Source: Glaucostegus cemiculus
Taxonomy: Eukaryota
Reading direction: 5' to 3'
Assembly (NCBI GenBank): GCA_976551045.1
Contig: CDPCPM010000128.1
Location: forward strand, 8,184,001 to 8,248,000
Length of the DNA stretch: 64,000 nt
A program made the position numbers and the translations under genes. Every line of letters starts with the position of its first letter. Position 1 is the first letter of the stretch. Below are positions 1 to 11,880 of the stretch, in pieces. The notes under the pieces are model-generated. The model was not told the origin of the DNA. It saw nothing but the letters and a program-made list of their open reading frames with translations, and searched no databases.

Positions 1-1749
1 AGGCTATCTGCTAGCAGTAAAGGACAAATTAGAGTCTCCACCTAGAGTCTGTAACACACTGCAATAAATGTTGTTGTTATTAATCACACTTCCATGCTTC
101 TGTTTGTGGTCCTATTTCAATCTCCTTCCCCATTTCTCACAAAGTGTTGCCACCGTACTGGGGTGTAATAGTACATGCTTATTGCTCCCTTTGCATGAGC
201 CTCGAGTGTAAGTGATGTCGGATGTTTCGTCCTGAGGGTACTTGCACCTGGGCTCAATTGTCTTTGGCAGCATTCCCCAATCTGCTGTACCAGGGTAACT
301 TTCCTTTCCAAGACCTGGGGGCCAAAGTACAGCCGAGCCATCCCAGTTGAACTAACTCAACTCAGGCTAAAAACTGAACTAAAATTTAGTCTGTTTTGCG
401 TTCTGGGCAATTGGGCTGAGGTATTGCTGCTCACTATGTGGATTAATAACATTGCATTCTTAAAATGAATTTCAGTATGGAAGTCTGTCAACATCCCTCC
501 CCTTGGGCCAGTTTTTAAGCCTTGCCCACTTTGCTAGATTGCATCAACTATTGATGTATGGTTTATTGACTCAAAGCTTTGTGAAATATATCCCAGCACT
601 TCACATAAATATGGTGCAAGGTTAAACATACAGACCCTTTTGAATGTATTGTGAAATTTCAGACGGCTCTATATTTTGTAATCAAGTCTTGTATTCAGTG
701 GGTTGTGCAATACCAGATGACTGAATAATCTTTATTAGCACATCACATTTTTCCATTAGAGCAACATTCAGTGCACTCTTAAAGAAATAAAAATAATTGA
801 TAAATACTATCTTTGCATGCACTTCGGGGATGCTAGGTTGTATATGGGAGGAAAATACAATTAAATGATATTCTGATGAACCTGCAAGAAATATTCGTGA
901 GGTCTGAAGGCAGCTCCAGATAAAATAGTTCCCAAAAGATTTAGCTACACCATTACTATGATTTAACTGAACAGCAGGGCAAACTCAAGGGGCTGAAAGG
1001 CCTCCTTCTGTTGTGTCCTTTTTATTGCCTTGTGCTGGGAAAGATTTTGCAAGGATGACCTTGGTTGTGATTTTGTTTTTAACAAGATTTTCATTCTGCA
1101 GGGATGCTATTCTTTAACGCTGGTGAGAGATTCTTCTCAAAGTGCCCTGCAGCTTATTCCCGTTCTGACTAAGCTACACTGAGTCAGGTCCACCGATGCC
1201 TTGATGTTAAGTTCTCCCCATGTTCTCGTCCCTCCATCACCTTGTTTTTCCTCAGCTCAATAAACTACTACAGGGGTCTAGACCTCTTCTTCCAGCTCCA
1301 GCCTCTTGTGTAGTCACCATTCACTTTGTGTACCATTTGAGATCTGCATCTGCAAAGTTCATACCCTTTTCCACCTCCTCCTCCTTTCTTAATATGTTCT
1401 GTAAAGGATTGAAGTTACCAAGCTATTGGTTCCCTAACATCCATCCCTCATCGATAATGCTTTTGCAAAGTGTGGGAATGATTCATGATGTTCAATGCAA
1501 ATTGTTGTTTTGCAGTGATGTCACTGAGGGTTATGGGTGGTTGTTATCTACCTGCCTTTGGGAAGATGCCAATTTCAGTTTGCTGAATCATGCAGTCTGT
1601 TTGGATTGATGTCATTTGTGCTTCAGGCAGTTACCCCCCAACTTAGTGCATCACGTTCCACAGATCTTGCAGCCTCTTAAGGTTCACTGTGTCTCATCAA
1701 CCCAGCGTTTAATATTCCTGTGTTCCCTGCAGTTTTTAACTCCCGGATC

Positions 1750-2450
1750 CATAAGCCATAGGAGCAGAATTAGGCAATTCGGCCCATTGAGTCTGCTCTG
1801 CCATTCGATTGTGGCTGATGTATTTTCCCCTCTCAACCACATTCTCCTGCCTTCACCCCATAACCTTTGACACTCTTACTAATCAAGAACCTATCAACCA
1901 CCACTTTAAATATACCCAGTGACTTGGCCTCCACAGCCATCTGTGGCAATGTTAGATTCACCACCCTCGACGTTCCTCCTCATCTGTTCTAAAGGGAAGT
2001 CCTTCTATTCTGAGGCTACACCCTCTCCCACTACTGGAAACACTCTCCACGTTCACCCTATCCAGGCCTTTCAATATTGGGTAGGTTTCAATGAGATCTC
2101 CACTCCCACCACCCCCCCCCCCCCCATCTCCTAAACTCTAGCGAGTACAGGCCCATAGCCATCAAATGCTCCTCGTATGTTAACCCTTCCATACCTGGGA
2201 TCGTTCTCGTAACCCGCCTCTGGACCATCTCCAATACCAGTACATCCTTCCTTGGATATGGGGCCCAAAACTGCTCACAATGTTTCCAAATGTGTTCTGA
2301 CTAATGCCTGATAAAGTCTCAGCATTACATCCTTGCCTTTATTTTCTAGTCCTCTCGAAATGAATGTTGGCATTGCGTTTACTTTCCTTACTACTGACTA
2401 GACCTGCAAGTTAACCTTTAGGAAATCATGCACTAGGACTCTCAAGTCCC
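1750..2450 (-). mobile_element. CR1-clade LINE, 5'-truncated 3' end
   Basis: Starts with the antisense CR1 tail (cataggagcagaattaggcaattcggccc), followed by decayed ORF2 C-terminal sequence (ggggcccaaaactgctcacaa). Confidence 0.85.
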
Positions 2451-3284
2451 AAATCCACCCAACACTTCAAAGCAAAAGCGCAAGTTGGAAGCAATCACGA
2501 AGTGCCCTTGATTCTGGCATTCTGTAAGCCAGCTCCTAGTATTAGCAATTAAAATAGTTTGTGCTTTCAATTGATCGTACCTTCGAATTATGCAAGGGCT
2601 ACAATAAAAAAAAACATTTTAATATTTTCCATGCACTGTTTATCTTGCACTGCATCAGATTTACTCCCCAGTGCTTTTGATTTATTCAGCGTGGTAATTA
2701 GTGCCTGTATAATTTATAGTGCAAGATAAATATGCTAGTACTGTGTGCATTGAAATTGCTTTATTGTAAAATTAAGGTTTAAATAAAGAATAATACATTT
2801 TAGAAGATTCAGAATTAACCCTCGTAAATTCTGTACACGAGGTTTATTGTGTATGGGCAAATTTTCACTCTGAATTTTATTTTGCCTCAATATATTAATG
2901 AAGAACGCAGTATCCATGAATTCTCATGTCCCTTCAAATCAGAAATGCAAATTTATCCCCACTCCCATTGTATCCCAGGAAGTGAAGTGTTGCAAGATCT
3001 GAACTAGTTTTACCTACTTGTACCTACACTGTCAGCCAAATGACCCATTCAACAAGCTCCTTGGCAGAATTTAATTTTGCATAAAAGCCCTGGGCTGGGT
3101 GAATCTTCATGCGAACAACCGGATGGCAACTATGTCTACCAATCACTTTCTGTGACCTTCGCAATTGACTTTTCTAAATTTGGTCATTTGCAAAAGCTTT
3201 CCAGAGAGGCAGTACACACACACAATCATTTTTATTTTAAAAGTTTAAATAAAAGAACAACATTTTCTAGAGACCCCCCAGAAG

Positions 3285-3500
3285 CTCTTGGAGCTGATGT
3301 AGGTCAGCAAGTTGGTCAGCATCTGTGAAGAGAGAAACAAGGTTGACATTTTGGATCGGTGACGTTTCATCAGAACTGTTCTGAGCTCAAGTCTTGTTTC
3401 AAGCCAATGACCTTGCATCATCCATTCTGCTTCCCACCCCAGGGATGCTGCCTGGACAGCTGTGTACTTCCAGAATTTTGTATTTTTAATTTGAGTTCCT
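3285..3500. mobile_element. Penelope-like pLTR-derived inverted-repeat remnant
   Basis: cagcatctgtgaagagagaaac...tttcatcagaactg arm followed by an oppositely oriented arm (gatgctgcctggacagctgtgtacttccagaattttg). Confidence 0.7.
3341..3378 (-). ncRNA. Degenerate minimal type-I hammerhead ribozyme motif
   Basis: Minus strand: cagtt CTGATGA aacgtcaccgatcc AAAA tgtc aacc. CUGAUGA is intact, GAAA reads AAAA, stem II is damaged. Confidence 0.5.
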
Positions 3501-5489
3501 GGTTTCCATGACAATTTGTTTTTGTGGGTCAACAAGAACGTCAGTCATTATTGTTTGGCTATTGAACTCCATTTGATACCATCCATAAAATGTAGACAAC
3601 TTTGACAACGTTTCACTTTATAAAAATGAACACCATTTCCCTAACATTAGGGGCCTGGAGATGTGGGGTTGGTGTGTGGCTGTTCAGGGCCCAGAGGGGA
3701 ATGGGGTAGAACTTAGAGGACTTACCAAAATTTTATGCATGAATTCAATGTTTTCAGTTTAAACTGTTAAATCTGTATTTTTATTGGTGTAATGTTACAT
3801 GTTAATTCATAAATCAGGATGGCAACGGGAATAATACTGAATAAATGAACTTAGCAATTTGATTAATTCACACTGAATGCGTTTGAATTAGTTGCATTAA
3901 ACTGAGATGGCTTTTGATTTGAATTCATTGAATCAGTTTGTTATAATTTATTTGCACCAATCAGAAAAGAGTGGATTTTCCCCAGTGTCTCAGACAAACT
4001 TAACATCAGTTGAGCATTTAAAGTGTGATGTTCTATATTTTAATTACACTTATGCACAGCATTGACACATTATAGTAAATATAAGTTATTTACAGTGGTA
4101 CCCAAGCAAGACTCTGCAAGCTCTTTGTGCCTATGTGTCTTGTGCATTTCCTTCACTGATGATTTTAGAAATCCCATGATTTCTAATTTATAAAAATGTG
4201 GAAGGGTGGGGGTTGTGGGGGGGGGGGAACGAAAATGGATTTAAATCAAGCTATCAATTGCATTCCTTTCTGACATTGCAAAACTAATAAAAATTCCATT
4301 TGTGTAGCAGCAATTGGGTTACTTTATAAGGAAAAAACCTTGCCTTTGGCTACTCCTTCCTCTGAACATATAATACATTTTTTTTGCTTGGGGAATATTA
4401 ATGACAATAGTGCTGTAGTATGTGATATTATTACTCAGACACATACACTGACTCATTGCAGCCTGCGTGTCATTACTTGTTCTGAAAGTGGAGCACTCTG
4501 CTAAGGATTTTGTTTTGTGAGTAAAAACAAATTATGATTTTTAGGAAGAATTATTTTGTTCAGACTTGCTTTCACTGTCTTGGCAAAGCTTGCATGTGTC
4601 TCTTTTTTCTCCCCCTTGCTGGTACTGATAAGTGCCTTAATTTAGGAAGCATACATGACTATCATTCTGTTCTGAAGAATTTTCCGTGCCGAATCTGCTG
4701 GTTTTTGCATGCATTGGGAATGCACTGTAGAAACTGTGGACTTTCACAAACTGAACAATGAATTGATGGTCTACAAGTGGTTGGTTGATATAATAAATGA
4801 ACATAAGTAGAGAATTCTCAACATCAAACAGGGTATAAATAATTCTATCATGTGTTATTTACAGCAAGGGGAATAGGCACATTGTGTTTAATAATTCATT
4901 AAAATTCTATTAACTTATAAATCACAATTTTAATATAAAGAAATGATCTAAAACTCTTTATTAAATTGAATTATGTAGTGAAACGTATGTCGTATGCTGC
5001 AAAATGCCATTTTATTTATTGCTTGTATCTCATTGCACCAACTCAGTTTGTCCTTGAGATTATTAAACTGTAATGCTTATTTATACAGCCTTAAAATGGG
5101 TCAGGAAACAATTATAGGCAAATCTGGGTAGTTAATCCAGAGATCAGAACAAAATATTTTTGAAATGTTTGCTTGAGATTGAATAATTCTCAAGTTGTGT
5201 ATAAAGTGGGGTGGGGGCAATGTGGGGATGTTTCAGCATGTGCTTTCAGATATATATGGGTGCATCCCATTTCTGAAGATCCACTGTTTGCAGAGGCCTT
5301 CCAATCTGACACATGAATATCAAGACTGTTCCTAGAGTTGAAACCTGCCCCATTTGGTGCACTTGTTCCATTGCAAGTGGAAGAACGTTTAATGGTCTTG
5401 GCAAGTAAGGTTGGAATGTGCACAGGGACTGGATTTAATCCTTAATGTTTTTTAGAATGGCAGTCCAAAGCACTTCTAGTGCCAGTATT

Positions 5490-5930
5490 TCTTGTGTGGT
5501 AAGCATTAGATGTCAGCCCTTGGCTCAGTCCATCATGCAATTGTCTTGTGAAGCTCATGGCTTCAGGCTCATTTCAGGACATTTTAGCTCAGAATCCCAG
5601 GCTGACATTCCAGCACTGCCAGAGGTGATAGGGTGGAAATTCGTTGCATGTTAAGGCTCCAATATGGTAGTTGCGGAGTGTCGCATTCTGCTTCTGCAGT
5701 TCAGTTCCACTGATGTCATATGAATTGAACAAGTGGAGTGTGTCCCAGCAGCTGTGATTTTCTTGCACATTTAACACAAGAGACCAAGGTATTTGGGATG
5801 ATTCATTGAACCAAATTCCTGCTCTCTGTTGGATATAAAAAATCTCATGGCATTGACTTTTTTTAAAAAAAAAAGAAGCCAGAGGAATCCTCCACTGAGT
5901 CCTGGCCAACTTGCATTACTAAAAAGCATA
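5490..5930 (+). mobile_element. Old Deu-domain SINE remnant
   Basis: caggctgacattccagcactg...ctctgttggatataaaaaatctcatggcatt...gtcctggccaac resembles the Deu domain in other copies in this window. Confidence 0.5.
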
Positions 5931-6562
5931 CATTAGCCTAGAAATGAATTTGATGCAGCCTGCCTGAAGTAAAAGTATTGCTGAACTAGAATGTAATTGA
6001 AACCATTTCGTAGTCACCAATCTGACATTGACAAGGCATTTCTGCTCACGAATTATCCTTGTGTCAGTGATGGGGTTTCTACATTAGTTGCGCACAGGAT
6101 GACATGGATCCCCATGCAGGATTGTGATGGAAATTGGATTACCCATCCCATGTTACTTCTAAACAAACCACATGGGCTGCTCACTGTAGTAGTGCTATTC
6201 ATGTGGAACCCAAATTGGGTATGTCTTCTGTTGGTGTTTCTCATTTAGTTTACACACCTCTGTTCACCAGCATAAACCCCACTCCTAACAACAGTTCACC
6301 CCCATTCCTCTGAGACAGTAGCACTTCTGAGTTGATCGCCGGACAATCTGCCTGCTGCCACCGCCACCACCAAGGCTCCAGTCTGTGCATCATTCATCCC
6401 ATAGTGGTGCAATCTCACCCCTCCTCCTCCCCACCTTGTTATAAACCCTAATCCCCAGGAAGCTGCTCCCTTTGCCCGCCGAGCCTCAGTTGAACTGCCA
6501 AACATGAAACCCTCTCTCCCTGAGCTCCTGTAACCTGGTCCTGGGCTTCAAATCTCCTTGCA

Positions 6563-6883
6563 GCATAAAGGGAGGCCATTCAGTCCTTACAAGTTTATTC
6601 CAGCTCTCATAGAGCGATCCCATTTCCCCCACTATTTCCTCTTCTCTCTCACGTGCCCATTAATACCCTCCAGATTCTCCTGCCACCCACTGACATTGAG
6701 AGCAACTTGCAGTCACTAACTAACCTACCCACTGACACAGCTTCGGGCTGTGGGAGGGAAGGGGCAGACCCAGGGAGTCACAGTGAGGATGCTCCCCACG
6801 GAAAGCACCGCAGGTCAGAATCAAACCCCAGGTCGCTGGAGCTGTGAGACAACTGCACTACCTGAAGCACCACTGCGTCACTC
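6563..6883 (-). mobile_element. tRNA-derived V-SINE (HE1-like) with CR1-type tail
   Basis: Antisense head (gaatcaaaccccaggtcgctggagctgtgag), V-domain remnant tgtgggagggaa, tail aggccattcagtcc. Confidence 0.75.
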
Positions 6884-7459
6884 CAGAGTGTGTGAGGAGA
6901 AAGCACGCAACAGATGATCAGGAGTGCCTGATGACCTGCACCTTGGGTATGACCACATTATGCTGTGGTTGTCATGTAGCTGGAATGGTGGCTGTTGTAT
7001 ACTGATCCTTTAGCATGATATTAAACATGCAGTTCAATTTCTGGACCTTTATCTGGTTATGTATCGCTTTGCTATTAGTAAGAGTTTGCTATGCATACTC
7101 TGGCTCTGCATTTTCTCATTTTAAAACGGTGACCACAGCATTCCAGAAGTACTTAACTGGCTATGAACACTGAGGACTGTTGTGAAAGGTGCTGTATAAG
7201 TGAATGAAAGTATATAAAAGATGGAATGAGATGCCAATGAGTGCCTGAAGAATACCCATAGTCTTTACTTTCAATGTATTGCCTCTGTGGGGAATGTGTC
7301 TGGGTGCAATCTAGTATAACTAGTGCATACCTCAAGCCAACTAACATGTTCTAAGTGTTGGGAATTTGTTTGAAAGCATTGAAGACCTACGGAGTTTTCC
7401 TTTTGCTTACAGCTTGTCAACAAACTGAAGCAAGTTCTCTCATTTTTTCCTTATTTCCT

Positions 7460-7862
7460 TACAACACGGAAGAAGGCTGTTTTGTCTCATTATGTCTATG
7501 CCAGCTTGTCCTGTTTCCCCCTGTAGACACAAGAACCTGAGGCAAGGTTTCGACCTAAATTGTTGACAGTTCCTATTGCCCCCATTGGTGCTGCTCAACT
7601 GCTGAGTTCTTCCAGAAGATCGTTTGATGCTCCTGTTCCCCTGTGACCTATTCTCCCAGCAGATTCTACCTTTTACCTATAGATCAGGGACAATTTCCAG
7701 CAACTATTTAACCAACCAACCTGCACATTTTTAGGATGTGGGAAGAAAATGGGAAAACCCCACAAGGAGCAAGTGCAGACTCCACGCATACAGCACTGGA
7801 GGTCAGGACTGAACTTGGGTCACTGGAGCTGTGAGGCAGCAGCTCTACTCAGTGTGCCACCT
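7460..7862 (-). mobile_element. V-SINE (HE1-like) interrupted by a Penelope-derived insertion
   Basis: Tail at ~7460, V-domain ggatgtgggaagaaaa, head ggtcaggactgaacttgggtcactggagctgtgaggcagcagctctac. Confidence 0.75.
7525..7632 (+). mobile_element. Penelope pLTR fragment with degenerate hammerhead motif (7535-7567)
   Basis: agacacaaga...CTGAGGC aaggtttcgacct aaat tgtt gac...ctgctgagttcttccagaag, flanked by the imperfect duplication cctgtt(t)cccc(c)tgt. Confidence 0.65.
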
Positions 7863-10059
7863 GCAGTGAAATAGTTAAAAACAATCTGTAATGCAAGAAC
7901 TTTATTTGGACAAAAGCTGTGCTCACAGAGTCCATACTGATGAAATTCTGATACAAGATGTGGTTTGTAGCTGTCAAGCTGCAGGATCAACTCCAGATTG
8001 TGATCACCAGGATTGATAATCAGAACTACTCACTTATCTCATCAATGCAAAACAGATCAATTTTCCCAAAATAAAACTTTGCACGGGTTATCTGGCACCT
8101 CCACTATGCAGATCCCCCAACTACATCATTCACGTCTCTTTATTAAGAAATGTTATTTATCATACACAGCTCATGGTTAAGTGCAACTGACTGAGCCTTG
8201 GATTACAAGCGCACCCCAGGTTTTTTAATTAAGGGGTAAGGTATTTAGATAGAAGGTCAAGCCAGCGTCTGCTCAATCCTTTCTACTGGCACAGTGTTGA
8301 GATCATGGGATTGTCACATGTTCAGACACAAGTTCAAAGAAGCAAAATGTGAACTTTTCCACCAGTTCCAGAAATTCCAGTGGAAGTTAAGTCATGGTTA
8401 AGTGGAGTTATTTTCACAACCCTTTCATCGGATTCATCCTGCAGAAATATTGTCAACATACAGGGGAAGTTTCTGATTATATTTATAAGTTTGCTGTAAC
8501 TCAAGAGTGTGCCAGGCTGTGGGGGCACTTCATGGGAGGAGAGAAGGAAGTAGAGTTCTCTTACCTTTGAAACTTAATGAATTATTTCTTAAAAATATAA
8601 ATGCAAGTTGTTCATGTACTTGGTGTACAGTACTTGGTGTCTTATTTTGTGTACACAGAAGGAGAAATGTGTTATTCTGTTATTACTTAGTGGAGTTTTA
8701 ATCAGGGAAGATCTTTTTTTATGTTTTATGATACATGCGGCAATAAAAGCACCATATGTTGTAAATTGTCTGGTTATTTGGCATTCGGCTATAACAACGG
8801 TGCACAAACATTGATTTAGGTTTTGATACTAAGCTATTCAGTTCTCAGAAAAAATACAAGATCGTTTCTTTGTGGTACAATGCAGAAATGCATTATAAAG
8901 AGATTACTGTGCTATTTATAGAAACAAAAAGCACACATAACATAACCCATTTAAAACAATGTTTGTCCTTTTCCTCCTTGGGGGAATAAAATCAATTCTG
9001 TTTGTGAATAATGGCATGGCTACTTAAAAAGAAATTAGTGGCTCCAGATGAAACTTTTTGTAATGATTTTTGGCACAAGGTGTAATTGCTTTATTGTGTT
9101 TATATGGTGGGAGTATACACCAGATATCTAAATTGCCTCTTGCAGTATTTTAAAGCACTAAATCATGCTTTCCTTTTCAGCAGCCCAGAGATGATAGAAT
9201 AAAAGATTAGAGGAGAATATCAGTCCAGAGAGTCCTTGTCATGTTTCAGTATTGCAGGAATTCAGCACTTTTTAAAGACACCAGATAATTCACTGTAGAA
9301 CTGGACCCAGGTATTTTGCACAAAGCAGTTGAAACTTTGACTTAAAAATAGATGGCGGCTTGAAGCAGTTGAAATATGATATCTGTCAACTCCTCATTAT
9401 AGCCTTTGTAGACGCCAGAGAGGGCATGTTTACTTTCTGCTTGTGTAGAATACTAAATTGTTCATAGAGCTGTACTTTTTTTTAAAAAAAACACACAAAT
9501 TAGGAGAACACTTCCTGATGATAGCCGCACACTGGAATATTAGTCCAGGTTTATTTGTAGTATGAAAATTTCCCACCCCTAAGACTAATTTGTGTTTCCC
9601 TCGGTTCAGCTAGGTCTGTGATTGTGAGTCTGTGAGCCTGTAACAAATTGAACAATGCTCCATAATCAAATTATGGTAAGTTTTAGTCACAAGGTGGCTG
9701 GGTTTGTTGGTTCAGTGTGTTACAGTGATATTCAAGCTGAAATAATAGACGATTGTTTGATGTTCTGTGTCCCTGTTATCTTAATAGACCTTCAGCTGTC
9801 ATTCTGTAATTGGTCCATATGTTTTATAACTCAATTTTTAATAATCTATACAAGGTGATGGGGACATGTTGACTGGAGGGATGAGTGTGGGGAATGATGA
9901 TGCAAATCTAAAACTGTTAAATTCTGCAGGAATTTAAGATACACATGGTCCATGTTTGGCCATTGAATAGTTCACTGTAAATGGTGCTAAGCAGCATCCT
10001 GGTCTTCCACAGGTCTGTATCTCTCCTTTCTCCCCCATTTTTATATAAGATGTACCCAC

Positions 10060-10470
10060 CAAGGGAATAGGAGCAGCCAGTTGGCCATCAGACCTGTTCC
10101 ACTATTCTATCAGAGCATAGCTGAATTCATTTCTTTTACTCCCATTATCTGCCTTTGTAACCGATTTTATTTCTTTCCCCCCATGTCTTTACCAAACAAG
10201 AATTTATCTCCATCAATCTTGAAAGTTTCAATTGTCCCCTGGCATCCACAGACCTCTGGAGAGGGGATACCAGAATTCCACTGCCTTTTGTTTGAAAAAT
10301 GTGCTCCCTCGCTTCACTTCTGAAGTGACCTGCATAGGTTTTAATTTTAAGATTATTTCCTATCAATTTTGATTTTCACCTCCTCTCCTCCCACCCCATG
10401 GGATTAGATCTGCCTCATCAAATGGTTTTAACAAGTCTACCTTCCTGATTAGATCTAACCCTCCAAACTC
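10060..10470 (-). mobile_element. CR1-clade LINE 3' fragment
   Basis: ggaataggagcagcc...ggccatc...cctgttccactattc tail and decayed body (ccacagacctctggagaggg...gaattccact). Confidence 0.7.
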
Positions 10471-10479
10471 TGACGTGCA

Positions 10480-10805
10480 AGTCATAATGGAGTAAGCAAT
10501 GAACTCCTTGAGAAACCGTAATGTTCCCATGAGCTCCTGCAAATCTCTCCACTGTGACTGCTCAAAAAGGAGAAGCAGCAGTTGGAATGGTGTTGAGAAG
10601 CTTCAGTCCATTGAATGAGGAGCAGCTGGAGGCTCTGTCTGACTGGTGGATGGAGCATGCCCCATCACAAACCACCCACCCACTTGCCCGGTCAGCTAGC
10701 TGTGAAAGAGTGTGCCCTTCCAGCACTCATCGGCCACCTCAGAACCCACAAAACTGGACTGGAAGCTGCTGATCCTCATTTCCAAAGAATTGCCTTGGAA
10801 GAAGA
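10480..10805 (+). mobile_element. RTE-clade LINE 3' end
   Basis: catcggccacctcagaacccacaaaactggactggaagc...gatcctc...gaattgccttggaagaaga with a (GAA)n-like tail. An antisense copy of the same sequence is at 15091-15185. Confidence 0.6.
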
Positions 10806-11199
10806 TCAGGCATTAGGATACAGTGTCCATGGATGTAGAAATATTTTTAACTAACTTTTAGTTCATGGTTTAGGGACCTCTGGCACAAGCACTCTCCTTA
10901 TTCACATCCATTGGTTCAGCTATCCCCTCACATGTAAATTTAAATTTAAAATAGACTGATGCTGATGTATTATTAAGGTAAGGGGTGCTTGATTTTTCAA
11001 AGTGATATTGTTTGGCAGAGAAGTTAAATCAGAGTCCTCTTCCCTTTTTCTGTGATACACGTGGACAATAATTTGCTTTTAAGTAATACCTTCCAAGCCA
11101 CTATGCAATTCAAAATAGCCAGAGTAAATGAAAAAGATAATTGGAGGTGTGATTAAGAGTTCAGTCAAACTGAGCTAGGTATTATAAGAAATGAATGAT

Positions 11200-11300
11200 G
11201 CACAATATCTGAAACAAAAACAGAAAATTCTGGAAACGCTCAGCAGCTCAGAAAGGGAAACAGTTAATATTTCCAGGTTGAAGACCCTTTGTCAGAATTT
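11200..11300 (-). mobile_element. Penelope pLTR fragment with degenerate hammerhead motif (11262-11298)
   Basis: atctgaaacaaaaacagaaaattctggaaacgctcagcag...; minus strand aatt CTGACAA agggtcttcaacct gGAAA tatt aact. Confidence 0.65.
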
Positions 11301-11444
11301 ATAACATGCAGGTATTGTAAGAGGTAGACTGAGTGGTGGAACACTTCAAGTGGGAATTCCAGAATGTGTTTTCAAGGTGATAATGTCAGGGTTTTTAGCT
11401 GGAGACCTGAATTTAAAAAAAAACAGCATTTCAGTATTTTCTGT

Positions 11445-11880
11445 TTTTATTTGCATTTATGTTCCACTTCCACAAACTTGGCATTCCAGGTTGCTTTAGA
11501 GCAAGTACTTTTGAAGTGAAGCCACCGTTATGATGGATGTTTGAATGTTGGGAACATGGCAGCCAATTTACACACAGCAAGATCCTATAACTAATGAGGT
11601 GATAACGACCAGATAATCTAGAGATATTTAGTGGTTATTTGTTGATGGATGAACATTGGCCAGGGCACTGCTACAAAATCCCCAATCATCTTTGCGATAT
11701 CATTGTTAAGACGTCATTGTCGAGTCTTTTATATTTATTGAAAGGGCAGGCAATTTAATGTCTTGCTCAAGAAATGAGATTTCCAGCACTGTGACACACC
11801 TTCACTACTACATTCAACAGCCTAGACTTCGCTTCTGAAGTGTGGCTTGAGCCCACAGCCTTCTGACCAAATAAGGCACA
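11445..11880 (-). mobile_element. Deu-domain SINE with L2-type tail
   Basis: ttgcatttat tail; ggcagccaatttacacacagcaagatcc; attggccagggcact; tRNA-like head cttgagcccacagccttctgac. Confidence 0.7.

Noticed and set aside
873-896. CTGATGA...GAAA resembling a hammerhead core
   Set aside because: No pairing for stem II or stem I; likely chance.
4156-4183. CTGATGA-tttta-GAAATC ccat GATTTC hammerhead-like string
   Set aside because: A stem III hairpin exists, but stem II is absent and stem I cannot pair.
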